From an uncultured delta proteobacterium (lineage in GTDB: Bacteria; Desulfobacterota; Binatia; Binatales; Binataceae): a DNA stretch of 64,000 bases. Every line of letters begins with the position of its first letter. Within the stretch, counting starts at the first letter, position 1. Under the pieces are notes generated by a model that was not told where the DNA came from, searched no databases, and was given only the letters and a program-made list of their open reading frames with translations. Shown in pieces: positions 1 through 7,647 of the stretch. The stretch spans positions 179,496-243,495 of the forward strand of contig CAWEEQ010000002.1 in the NCBI GenBank assembly GCA_963808235.1, given 5' to 3'. Made by a program: the position numbers and the translations under genes.

Positions 1-574
1 TCCTCGACGCGCGCCAGCCATCCGGCAAGCCGAGTGCCCGCCTTCGGCTCGACGCCCCAGACCACCGAGCCGCGTACGTGCGGGAAAACGCTTAAGTCGC
101 CGTATCCGAACGATGCGCCGTTGAAAAATTGCGCCGTGCCGAGTTCGCGTTCGAGCCACGCGTGCACACCCGCGGTCTGTTCGACTGCTTTTGCTTCGAT
201 TCGCTTCGCCGGCTCGCCGCTGACGCGTTTCCACGCCCGCACTTCCATCAAGCCCCAGTTGATCGCCTCGTAGTAAGTGTCGCAGACGTTTCGATCATTC
301 TGACCCGCGCCCGCTCTCGCGGCGTTGGCGGCAACATCGCGGGCGCCGGCCATTTCTCTTCGATGTAATCGAGGATGATCGTCGAGTCGAAAATCGCAAA
401 GCCGTCGTCGATCAGCGCGGGCACCTCGAGGCGCGGATTGGTTTTCGCAAACTCGGTCGGCGCACCGCTGAACGCGTCAGGCACTTCGACTTCGAAGGCG
501 ACGTTCTTTTCGTAAAGCGCGATCTTGACCTTTTGCACATACGGCGAGAACGGATGCTCATAAAGTTTGGGCAT
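1..574 (-). pseudogene. Glutathione S-transferase family protein; frameshifted near 288 and running off the window edge
   Basis: N-terminal motifs SPYVQKV, NPRLEVPALIDDG, FDSTIILDYIEE. After MIE the typical continuation (VCDTYYEAINWGL...FGYGDLSV) lies in another frame, implying a 1-nt loss (real or a sequencing error). Confidence 0.8.
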
Positions 575-640
575 GACGACAACCTCCGGCGCCAATGATC
601 AGTCTTTGCGGAACATAGCAGGTCTGTTAGCCTTTTGAGT

Positions 641-1150
641 ATGAGATCGTGGTTGCGGAGAGTATGGAGCCTTAACGGCGCCTTGGCTTTTGTCGTCGTC
701 GTGGCGATTGCCTCATCGGCGTTCGCGTTCGATATCGGAAAGATCCTCAACAACAAACCCAAAGAGCCCGACCAGTTCGCGATCATCCGCGTCGATCGGC
801 TCGCGTCACTGATGGCCGATTCGAACTCACACGTTAACATCTACGATGCGAACGGATGGGGCCTGCGCTCGCGTACCGGCGTGATTCCCGGAGCGCATCT
901 TCTAACCAGCGACGACAAGTATGATGTAGCCACCGAGTTGCCGTCCGACAAAAGCGCGAAGCTCGTCTTCTATTGCGCCGACTTGCATTGAACTGCGTCT
1001 CATGAAGCCGCCCGGCGGGCGGAAGCAGCGGGTTACAGCGACGTGAGCGTCATGAGCGACGGAATCCAGGGATGGAAGCAAGCGGGCAAGCAGGTTGACT
1101 ATCCCGAGCTTGGCGCAAAGCAAGACGAACCAAAAAAACAGGACGATTGA
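641..1150 (+). CDS. Exported rhodanese-like protein with in-frame UGA (989-991), probable selenoprotein
   Basis: Signal-like N-terminus, IPGA motif, VFYCADLH-UGA-TASHEAARRAEAAGYSDVSVMSDGIQGWKQAG. The rhodanese fold is only complete by reading through the UGA to TGA 1148-1150. Confidence 0.8.
1008..1022 (+). promoter_or_regulatory. Bacterial SECIS-like hairpin
   Basis: CCGCCC-GGC-GGGCGG; G-initiated loop 22 nt after the UGA. Confidence 0.6.
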
Positions 1151-1202
1151 AGTTGTTGTCTGATCCTCGCGCGGGCTGACGGCGATTACATATAGTGTCG
1201 GC

Positions 1203-3002
1203 GTGCCGCGCGATACTTCAGAGCCTACCGCCGCGATCGAATCCACAGTTCCGCGCGAACTGACTCCGCGCAGCATTGGACTGGGAATCGCACTCGCGCT
1301 TGTTCTTGGCGCGGCGAATGCCTACCTGGGGCTCTACGCAGGGTTGACGGTTTCGGCGAGCATCCCGGCGGCCGTCATCTCGATGGCTATTTTGCGGATG
1401 CTGGGCGGGTCGACGATCCTCGAGAACAACGTGGTGCAGACGATCGCGTCGGCGGGAGAGGCCGTCGCGGCCGGCGCGATCTTCACTTTTCCCGCGCTCG
1501 TCATCCTGGGCGGAGTGAAGACGCTGCCCTACGTCGAAGTGACCGCGCTATGCGTCGTCGGCGCGACGATGGGCTCGTTGCTGGTGGTGTTTCTGCGCCG
1601 GGCATATATCGTAGAGGAGCGTTTGCCATTTCCGGAGGGCGTCGCGTGCGCGCAAGTACTTCGCGCCGGCGATGCGTCCGCGAACGTTCGCCCGCTCGTG
1701 CTAGGTGGCATCGTCTCGTCGTTATTGAAGGCACTTCAGGATCTGATCGGAGTCATTCCCGGCGCAGTGTCGGGTGCGCGATGGATCGGAACCGCAGCGT
1801 TTGCGGGCTCGATCGATATTTCCGCGGCGCTGCTCGGCGTCGGCTATATCATTGGCATCCGGATCGCGACGCTGGTTTTCGCGGGCGGCGCATTCGCATG
1901 GCTCATCGCTATTCCATTTCTGACTGCGTCGCATCCGCAACTCGCAGCGCGCGATGCTGCGACCACTGCCTCCCAGTTGTGGAGCAGCCAGGTGCGTTAC
2001 CTCGGCGTCGGTGCGATGCTCACCGGCGGCGTGGTCACGCTGTGGCGCTTGCGGATCCGAATCGGCGCCGCGATTGCCGATAGCATCCGCGTTGTCCGCT
2101 CGACTCAAGTCGTCGCCACCGCGCGCGAGGACACCGATCTTTCGCCGCGCGCTGTGCTGACCGCGGTTGCGCTCTGCGTGCCCGTGATCTTCGCGATCTG
2201 CCTCGGCCTCAGCGGGCAGATTGCACTCAGCGCGGCGCTGGCGATCCTGCTCACGCTGATTTGCTTCTTTGCGACTTCGATCGCCGGTTATCTGACCGGA
2301 ATTGTCGGCGCGTCCAACAACCCGGTCTCCGGCGTAACGGTGATCGTGCTACTTGCGGTGGCGCTGTTTCTGAAATTCGTCGGCGTGTCGCAAACCGTCG
2401 GACCGCAACTCGCGATTCTTTCCGGCGCGATCGTATGCACGGCGGCTGCGATGGCCGGTGATTCGACGCACGACCTCGCAACTGGCTTCCACGTTGGCGC
2501 GACGCCGCGCTCGCTCGAGATTGGCGTGCTCGTCGGCGCGATCGCGTCATCGTTCCTGATGGCGCCGATTTTGAATCTTCTAATCGCCGGCTACGGAATC
2601 GCAGGCACCGCGACCGCGCGCGCCGGCGCGCTGGCGGCGCCGCAGGCATTTCTGATGGCGAAAGTTACTGAAGGCGTTTTTCACGGCGGCTTGCCGCTCG
2701 GAACGATCGCGACGGGCGCGGCACTCGCCGCGATCCTGGGATTTACCGACCGCTATCTCGAGCGCGCCGGCTCCAGTTGGCGTACGCCGATCATGCCCGT
2801 CGCGATCGGTTTGTATCTGCCGTTCGGATTAGGCGTAACGATTTTTCTCGGCGCGCTGGTTCATTCGATCTTTGGATCCGAAAACGCCGACGAAAGCGGT
2901 CCGGGAATTTTGCTCGCGGCCGGCCTGGTCGCGGGCGAAGCACTGATGGGTGTGGCGAGCGGCGCGCTTGTGACCGCGGGAATCCGGCTGCCGCTCTTTT
3001 GA
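1203..3002 (+). CDS. OPT family oligopeptide transporter
   Basis: ELTPRSI...ANAYLGLYAGLTVSASIPAAVISM, ENNVVQTIASAGE, LPFPEGVACA, SNNPVSG; many TM segments. Confidence 0.93.
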   Translation: MPRDTSEPTAAIESTVPRELTPRSIGLGIALALVLGAANAYLGLYAGLTVSASIPAAVISMAILRMLGGSTILENNVVQTIASAGEAVAAGAIFTFPALVILGGVKTLPYVEVTALCVVGATMGSLLVVFLRRAYIVEERLPFPEGVACAQVLRAGDASANVRPLVLGGIVSSLLKALQDLIGVIPGAVSGARWIGTAAFAGSIDISAALLGVGYIIGIRIATLVFAGGAFAWLIAIPFLTASHPQLAARDAATTASQLWSSQVRYLGVGAMLTGGVVTLWRLRIRIGAAIADSIRVVRSTQVVATAREDTDLSPRAVLTAVALCVPVIFAICLGLSGQIALSAALAILLTLICFFATSIAGYLTGIVGASNNPVSGVTVIVLLAVALFLKFVGVSQTVGPQLAILSGAIVCTAAAMAGDSTHDLATGFHVGATPRSLEIGVLVGAIASSFLMAPILNLLIAGYGIAGTATARAGALAAPQAFLMAKVTEGVFHGGLPLGTIATGAALAAILGFTDRYLERAGSSWRTPIMPVAIGLYLPFGLGVTIFLGALVHSIFGSENADESGPGILLAAGLVAGEALMGVASGALVTAGIRLPLF

Positions 3003-3292
3003 TTGACGGGAGATCCACTATGCCGCGCTTTGCGTTTTCGTCGCGGCGCAGTTTTTCTCCCCGTCGATCTTTCTTGCATCGGCACAAACTCCGGTGTCGC
3101 AGCTCTCGGTGCGCGAGACCAGCGTGGTCCGCTTCGTACCGTCGGTGCCGTCGGGTGAAGCGTGCGAGGGCTCGTGCTGGATCTGGAGCAGCAGCGGCGG
3201 AGAAAGTTCCGGTTAAGACGATCTGGAAGTGAAAGAGTTCACGTAAAAGCCGGTCGCGCGTCGGCGCGCGGTTGCGCGACGGGACGACCTTT

Positions 3293-4150
3293 TCATTGCG
3301 CGATCCAAATAGGCGCGCTTGCGAAAAGATGGTCGACGATCCCGATATGATAGGCGAGAAAGAGGCCGAAGCCGAAGCTTAGAAGTCCCGAGCCGGTCAC
3401 GAGTCCCTGGTGCAGCCACGAAACTCTTCGCGACGCTACCACGAACGGCGCGGCGATCGTGGCAGTAATCAGTGCCATGCCGATTATCGTTCCGACGCAG
3501 AAAATCGCGAGATAAATAGTCGCCCACAACGGTTGTGGAATCGCGCTCAACACGAGCAGCGCGATCGCCGCGCTGCCGGCGAGCCCGTGAACGAGCCCCA
3601 CTCCGAATGATTTGAGCAGTGGCCGGTGCGATCCGAATGTCGGCAGCGTCTTGGAGTCGATGCGATGATCCCGGTGAGTTACCGTGTGCGCATCTTCGCC
3701 GCCGTCGATATGAACGTGAGGATGCGAATGCTCCGTTTCGCCATGAGTGTGAAGATGCGCATGGACTATCAGATGTTCGTGCAGATGTTCGTCGGAGTCT
3801 TTGTTACGCGACGAAGATCCAGTCACCCGCGCCGCGAATTTACGGATCAAGCTTGTTGCCGCTCCGAACCCGAGCAGTATCAAAACAATCGCAACCGCGA
3901 ATTCCATCGCGAGTCCGAGGCGAGTCGGAATCGCAATTTTGAAAACGATAATCGCGGCGCCCACCAGCATCACCGTGAGCGTGTGGCCAAGACCCCATAC
4001 GACACCGATCCGAGCGGCCGTCATCAGGCGCCGCTCGCGGCTCAGGATCGTCGTGACCGCGATGACATGATCGGGATCGGTCGCATGGCGCATACCGAGC
4101 ACCAGTCCTAGGACCGCAATTCCAAGTGGCGCGGCATGAGCGGGATTCAT
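3293..4150 (-). CDS. High-affinity Ni/Co transporter (NiCoT/HoxN-RcnA-like)
   Basis: RHATDPDH, WGLGHT, His-rich loop, GLVHGLAGSAA. Start placed at ATG 4150 because the longer ORF runs through a tRNA remnant. Confidence 0.88.
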   Translation of the reverse strand: MNPAHAAPLGIAVLGLVLGMRHATDPDHVIAVTTILSRERRLMTAARIGVVWGLGHTLTVMLVGAAIIVFKIAIPTRLGLAMEFAVAIVLILLGFGAATSLIRKFAARVTGSSSRNKDSDEHLHEHLIVHAHLHTHGETEHSHPHVHIDGGEDAHTVTHRDHRIDSKTLPTFGSHRPLLKSFGVGLVHGLAGSAAIALLVLSAIPQPLWATIYLAIFCVGTIIGMALITATIAAPFVVASRRVSWLHQGLVTGSGLLSFGFGLFLAYHIGIVDHLFASAPIWIAQ

Positions 4151-4182
4151 CACATGAATTTGCGGATTTCGAAGGTCTAATT

Positions 4183-4226
4183 TGGTGGACGCACCTGGAC
4201 TCGAACCAGGGACCTCTTGCATGTGA
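4183..4226 (-). tRNA. 3' half of tRNA-Val(CAC); att-site remnant
   Basis: Minus strand TCACATGCAAGAGGTCCCTGGTTCGAGTCCAGGTGCGTCCACCA: anticodon loop, T-arm and CCA; no 5' half adjacent. Confidence 0.8.
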
Positions 4227-4373
4227 GTTGTGCAACCTTGCGTAAACGCCAGAATAGTCTGATATCGCTCGATAGCGCTACAAGGTAGCGAAAGCGCTGT
4301 GGCAGAAGGGTTTTCTGTGCACGACTAAAGTGCGACCATCAGTTACAGAGTACTTTCGATTGATCTCCGGTTG

Positions 4374-4413
4374 GGGCACAGAATCGGGCACAGAGGGCAC
4401 AAAATTGGGCACA
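4374..4413. repeat. Four GGGCACA direct repeats, likely integrase arm-type sites
   Basis: Copies at 4374, 4386, 4395, 4407, about 150 bp inside the tRNA-Val remnant. Confidence 0.65.
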
Positions 4414-4433
4414 GCAAATCGGACGCCGGCGCG

Positions 4434-5315
4434 TCACATCCACGAAGCCTTCTGCGGATCCCAGCGGCCGGTCGCGCGGCCGGCCAGCACAGGATCGAGC
4501 AGCGCCGCCGCTTGCGCATAGCCCCGACGCAGGTCCGGATCGAGACCAACTTCGTTGGCCAGCTTCCGGTATGGGACCGCCCATTCGGGCGGCGGTGGCG
4601 GGAACCGATCCGGAAGACCATGTTGACGCCTTCCCTCAAAAACTCCTTCGAGCGCACTGCGAAGGCGAGCGGCGTCCAGCACCATGAGTTGTTTCACGAG
4701 GACAAGATCGACGAGATCTTTTGCGCGACTGCTCCGGCGACCTTGGCCGTAGGTTTTTGTGTATGCGTGGACCTTCTCCGCGATGTGTTGCTCAAGCGGC
4801 AGGACTGGCACTTCGATCGGTTCGATGTCGGCGAACGCCAGTAGATCCTGTCCGCGAATCGGTTCGGGCTTCCATTTCAGCGAGTCTGAAAACCCGATAT
4901 CGACCATGACTTCCTCGAACCGCCTGCCTGCGAGTTCGGCTCGGACGCGGTATCTCACCGCGAGACCTTCAACCTCTTTACCCGGCGCTCCGACCTTTTC
5001 TATGTCGAAGGTAAAGTAGTCGTCGATCTCGACAGCTTGGGCGGCTATGAAGTCAGCGGTGGCCGCCGTCTCGTCGTCGCGGTGAAAGATATCCATGTCC
5101 TTCGTGGTCCGCGTCCGTTCTCCCATCCGGAAGTCGAGGGCCAGCGCTCCCTTAAGAACCCAGCGGCCTGGCGCGGCGATCGCGAGACGAAAGAGAAGGC
5201 GGTCAAAGACGACGGCCTTTCGCAGCCGGACAAGGGAAATGCCCTTGTCACGCGATCGCGTGAGCAGACGCTGCTCAAGTGCTTGACGAAATGCGGCTCC
5301 GCTTTGGTACTTCAT
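4434..5315 (-). CDS. abiEii: AbiEii-family nucleotidyltransferase toxin (type IV TA)
   Basis: WVLKGALAL, RTTKDMD, HIAEKVHAY, SRAKDLVDL; start overlaps the antitoxin stop (ATGA). Confidence 0.9.
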   Translation of the reverse strand: MKYQSGAAFRQALEQRLLTRSRDKGISLVRLRKAVVFDRLLFRLAIAAPGRWVLKGALALDFRMGERTRTTKDMDIFHRDDETAATADFIAAQAVEIDDYFTFDIEKVGAPGKEVEGLAVRYRVRAELAGRRFEEVMVDIGFSDSLKWKPEPIRGQDLLAFADIEPIEVPVLPLEQHIAEKVHAYTKTYGQGRRSSRAKDLVDLVLVKQLMVLDAARLRSALEGVFEGRRQHGLPDRFPPPPPEWAVPYRKLANEVGLDPDLRRGYAQAAALLDPVLAGRATGRWDPQKASWM

Positions 5316-5932
5316 TTGCGGTGTCGCGCCTCGAGAACTTGTCGAACAAGGCGCTCGACTCGACCTCCACGCGTCTTCGCAACCCCGAGGAGTTTTGATT
5401 CGGTTGCCATGCCTCGGTCGAGTGCCTGGCCGACTGCGGCCATTATCTGCTCCGGGGCGGTTCCCGCTTGGGCCGCGTCGATGATCGAGCGCGCCGGTGC
5501 GGTCACTCGAACTCCGTCGCGCACCACGACGTCGGACTTGGCAAGGCGCCGCGTTGTCGTGTGTATCGCGACGCCCAGAGATGCGAAGCGATAGCGCCTC
5601 GCTCGGGGGACGGTAAGGTGAACGACCTCGGGCACCACGTCGGAAAGCCCGAGGATGTCGAGCGCGCTTTCATGCGATACAACGGTGTTCTCTCTTCCCG
5701 ACCCAAGCCACGCCGCGATCACGTCTTCGCGGGGTGAACTCGGGTATTCGCGAATGCGGTAGAGGCCCTGACGGACTCGGGAAAAGCGGCCTGATTTGGC
5801 ATGATGCGCCAGTAGCGATTTACTAAAGCCGCACGAATGCGCCTGAGCGGCAGTGAAATATCCCCCCTGCTCAGAGGCGATTTCGAAGAGCTGTGCGCGC
5901 CGCGACTTTGATTCGAGATCATTGTCACGCAT
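5312..5932 (-). CDS. abiEi: AbiEi-family antitoxin (type IV TA)
   Basis: IASEQGGYFTAAQA, RVRQGLYR, VVSHESAL, VRVTAPARSIIDA. Confidence 0.9.
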   Translation of the reverse strand: MRDNDLESKSRRAQLFEIASEQGGYFTAAQAHSCGFSKSLLAHHAKSGRFSRVRQGLYRIREYPSSPREDVIAAWLGSGRENTVVSHESALDILGLSDVVPEVVHLTVPRARRYRFASLGVAIHTTTRRLAKSDVVVRDGVRVTAPARSIIDAAQAGTAPEQIMAAVGQALDRGMATESKLLGVAKTRGGRVERLVRQVLEARHRK

Positions 5933-6016
5933 AGGTCAAATGATACTTGACTTTATCATGACATCAAATACTGCAACAGATTGTTCAGGCTTCGGAGCTT
6001 GTTTCTCGAAAATGAA

Positions 6017-6037
6017 TGTTCCACGTTACGTGGAACA
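6017..6037. other. Palindrome equal to a parS-type site with a 5-nt insertion
   Basis: TGTTCCACGT-TACGT-GGAACA versus parS-type TGTTCCACGTGGAACA. Confidence 0.4.
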
Positions 6038-6184
6038 GCAGGTTTCGCGCATCGCAGCGGCGCATTCGCCGCTCGACGAATGACGGCGACGACTCCAGAG
6101 GGTATTGAACGACATCAATCCTTACGCCGATTCACTTCTATTCATGGCAACCTGAATTAGGCCTCAACTAGGACAGGAAAAGCG

Positions 6185-6376
6185 ATTACTGAAACATGTA
6201 AGTTATGCGGTGAGGAATCGACACCGTGGGAATACATCGACGTGCTCGACGGTCACGTGTGCGCGGACTGCAGCTACCGGCTGGCTGCGCTGTTCGCGAA
6301 TGATGGGTCGCTATCACGGGCCGACCTGCTTGCGGTGTACGGAACCGAAGCCCGGAAGAAGGCGGACTTGCCATGA
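6185..6376 (+). CDS. Small putative zinc-finger protein (63 aa, ATT start or 5'-damaged)
   Basis: ITETCKLCGEE...HVCADCSYRLAALF; purine-rich GGACAGGAAAA upstream; absent from the ORF track because it lacks a standard start. Confidence 0.45.
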   Translation: MTETCKLCGEESTPWEYIDVLDGHVCADCSYRLAALFANDGSLSRADLLAVYGTEARKKADLP

Positions 6377-6444
6377 GGCGGTTGGAGATGCTCGCTTTGA
6401 TCTGATCTCACTTCAATGTGGCCGCGCTCACGTGAGCGCGGAAA

Positions 6445-6519
6445 CGAAATGGCATACGCAGAGGACTTAAAATCCTCTGGAGCGAAAGCTCCGTGCGGGT
6501 TCGAGTCCCGCCCCCGGCA
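6445..6519 (+). tRNA. tRNA-Leu(TAA) lacking the 5' acceptor strand; left att site
   Basis: D-loop, anticodon arm GAGGA-CTTAAAA-TCCTC, long variable arm, T-arm and 3' acceptor CCCCGGCA are present; the expected 5' GCCGGGG is absent, and a perfect 20-bp palindrome lies at 6422-6441. Confidence 0.8.
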
Positions 6520-6577
6520 ATTGAAAATTAAGGGTTTTCTGGCGAGTCGTCGCTGCAAGCGGGACTAGTCTGCGCCG

Positions 6578-6604
6578 TTGACAGCCACGTTTGACAGCCA
6601 CGGG
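6578..6604 (+). repeat. TTGACAGCCA x2, left arm-type sites
   Basis: TTTGACAGCCACGGG is shared exactly with 50120-50134. Confidence 0.7.
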
Positions 6605-6629
6605 TTCGCGGATTCTGTTGCTAGACTAG

Positions 6630-6872
6630 GTTCGCAACGTAGGGGTCGAGAGTTCAAATCCCCTCTGCTCCACACCTCAGTCTCCAGGGTTTCGGACATG
6701 GCGGAGAATCGATCGAAATCCGCGCGTGTGCGCGCGAATTGCGCACATGTGCGGACCCGGAGAATATCTCTGTCGCCCAGAATTGGCCTAATCTGGCGAA
6801 ACCTATCCCGGCGCGATTAGCCTAGGTCCGCGGATCATCGCCATGCATTCGCCTTTTCTTTTTCAGCGCTCC
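6630..6872 (+). repeat. Repeat R1: degenerate tRNA-Ala(CGC) 3' half plus ~200-bp body
   Basis: TTCGCAACGTAGGGGTCGAGAGTTCAAATCCCCTCTGCTCCAC, then a body shared with R2-R5. Confidence 0.85.
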
Positions 6873-7161
6873 GCCAGCTTAGAATCAGGAATCTCCAAAT
6901 GCACGGGTCGCGGGTCGAGTTGGTTTTTAGGGTCAAAGGTAAGCTCCTCGCCACTGACCTGCCGCCCGAATTTCTCGGAACGCGCAACCAATGGCAGCCA
7001 ATCCAAGTGCGCAACCTTGACGTATGTATAGACGGTAGTGTTAAGTGGCAGGGACTGACTTGTCTGTGGCTTAGTTTCCGAAGACAATCTGCCACCTCTT
7101 GCAGAGATGCGCTCAGGTAATGCCGATGCCGCGTGGGCAAGGCGGTTTCGCGGGAGGGTTC

Positions 7162-7629
7162 GTGCGTCTGAAAAAAGGGTTTCTGCTGATCTTATTCTTA
7201 GCCTTGACATCCTGCGCTTCCAACAACTCCACTCCGACGCCGCCGAGATCCCAAAGCAACGCCGGACAGGCTGTATCAAAAAAAGACACGGAAACAATCC
7301 AGTCGGCATCGGGCGAGAAGTGCATCATAGATGAGAAGAGAATCTGCGAAGAGGGGGCGGCGGGAGTAGCGAACGATCCCTTCGGCGCTGACAACAGCGA
7401 GGACATACGTGAACGAATCGCCTCGGGTGATGATACGGGCGGGTCGAAAACCTACACCTCGACGCTGCGCTATGGAGTCTCTCTTCTTCAAGGGGAGCGA
7501 CCGGTGAATTTGTTTTGCGGCATGAACATGCACCAACGCGCGTTTGCTTACGGTCAATTGTCTACGAGCGGCACCCCCACCGATACAGATGTCGCAAAGC
7601 TGCGCGCCGGGGGGTACTGCTCCAACTAA
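7162..7629 (+). CDS. Hypothetical lipoprotein
   Basis: GGGAGG RBS, GTG start, lipobox LTSC, four further Cys. Confidence 0.65.
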   Translation: MRLKKGFLLILFLALTSCASNNSTPTPPRSQSNAGQAVSKKDTETIQSASGEKCIIDEKRICEEGAAGVANDPFGADNSEDIRERIASGDDTGGSKTYTSTLRYGVSLLQGERPVNLFCGMNMHQRAFAYGQLSTSGTPTDTDVAKLRAGGYCSN

Positions 7630-7647
7630 GACTGGAGGAGGCCAGCT

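Noticed and set aside
280-300. Programmed frameshifts in GST (and in RHS near 43090, Rieske near 63195)
   Set aside because: No clear slippery heptamer or stimulator; single indels in unrelated genes fit sequencing error or decay better.
4151-4222. N-terminal extension of the NiCoT ORF
   Set aside because: It reads through the tRNA-Val remnant; the similar extension at 60265-60471 reads through tRNA-Leu.
6445-6519. Functional tRNA-Leu
   Set aside because: No 5' strand complementary to CCCCGGC, so the acceptor stem cannot form.
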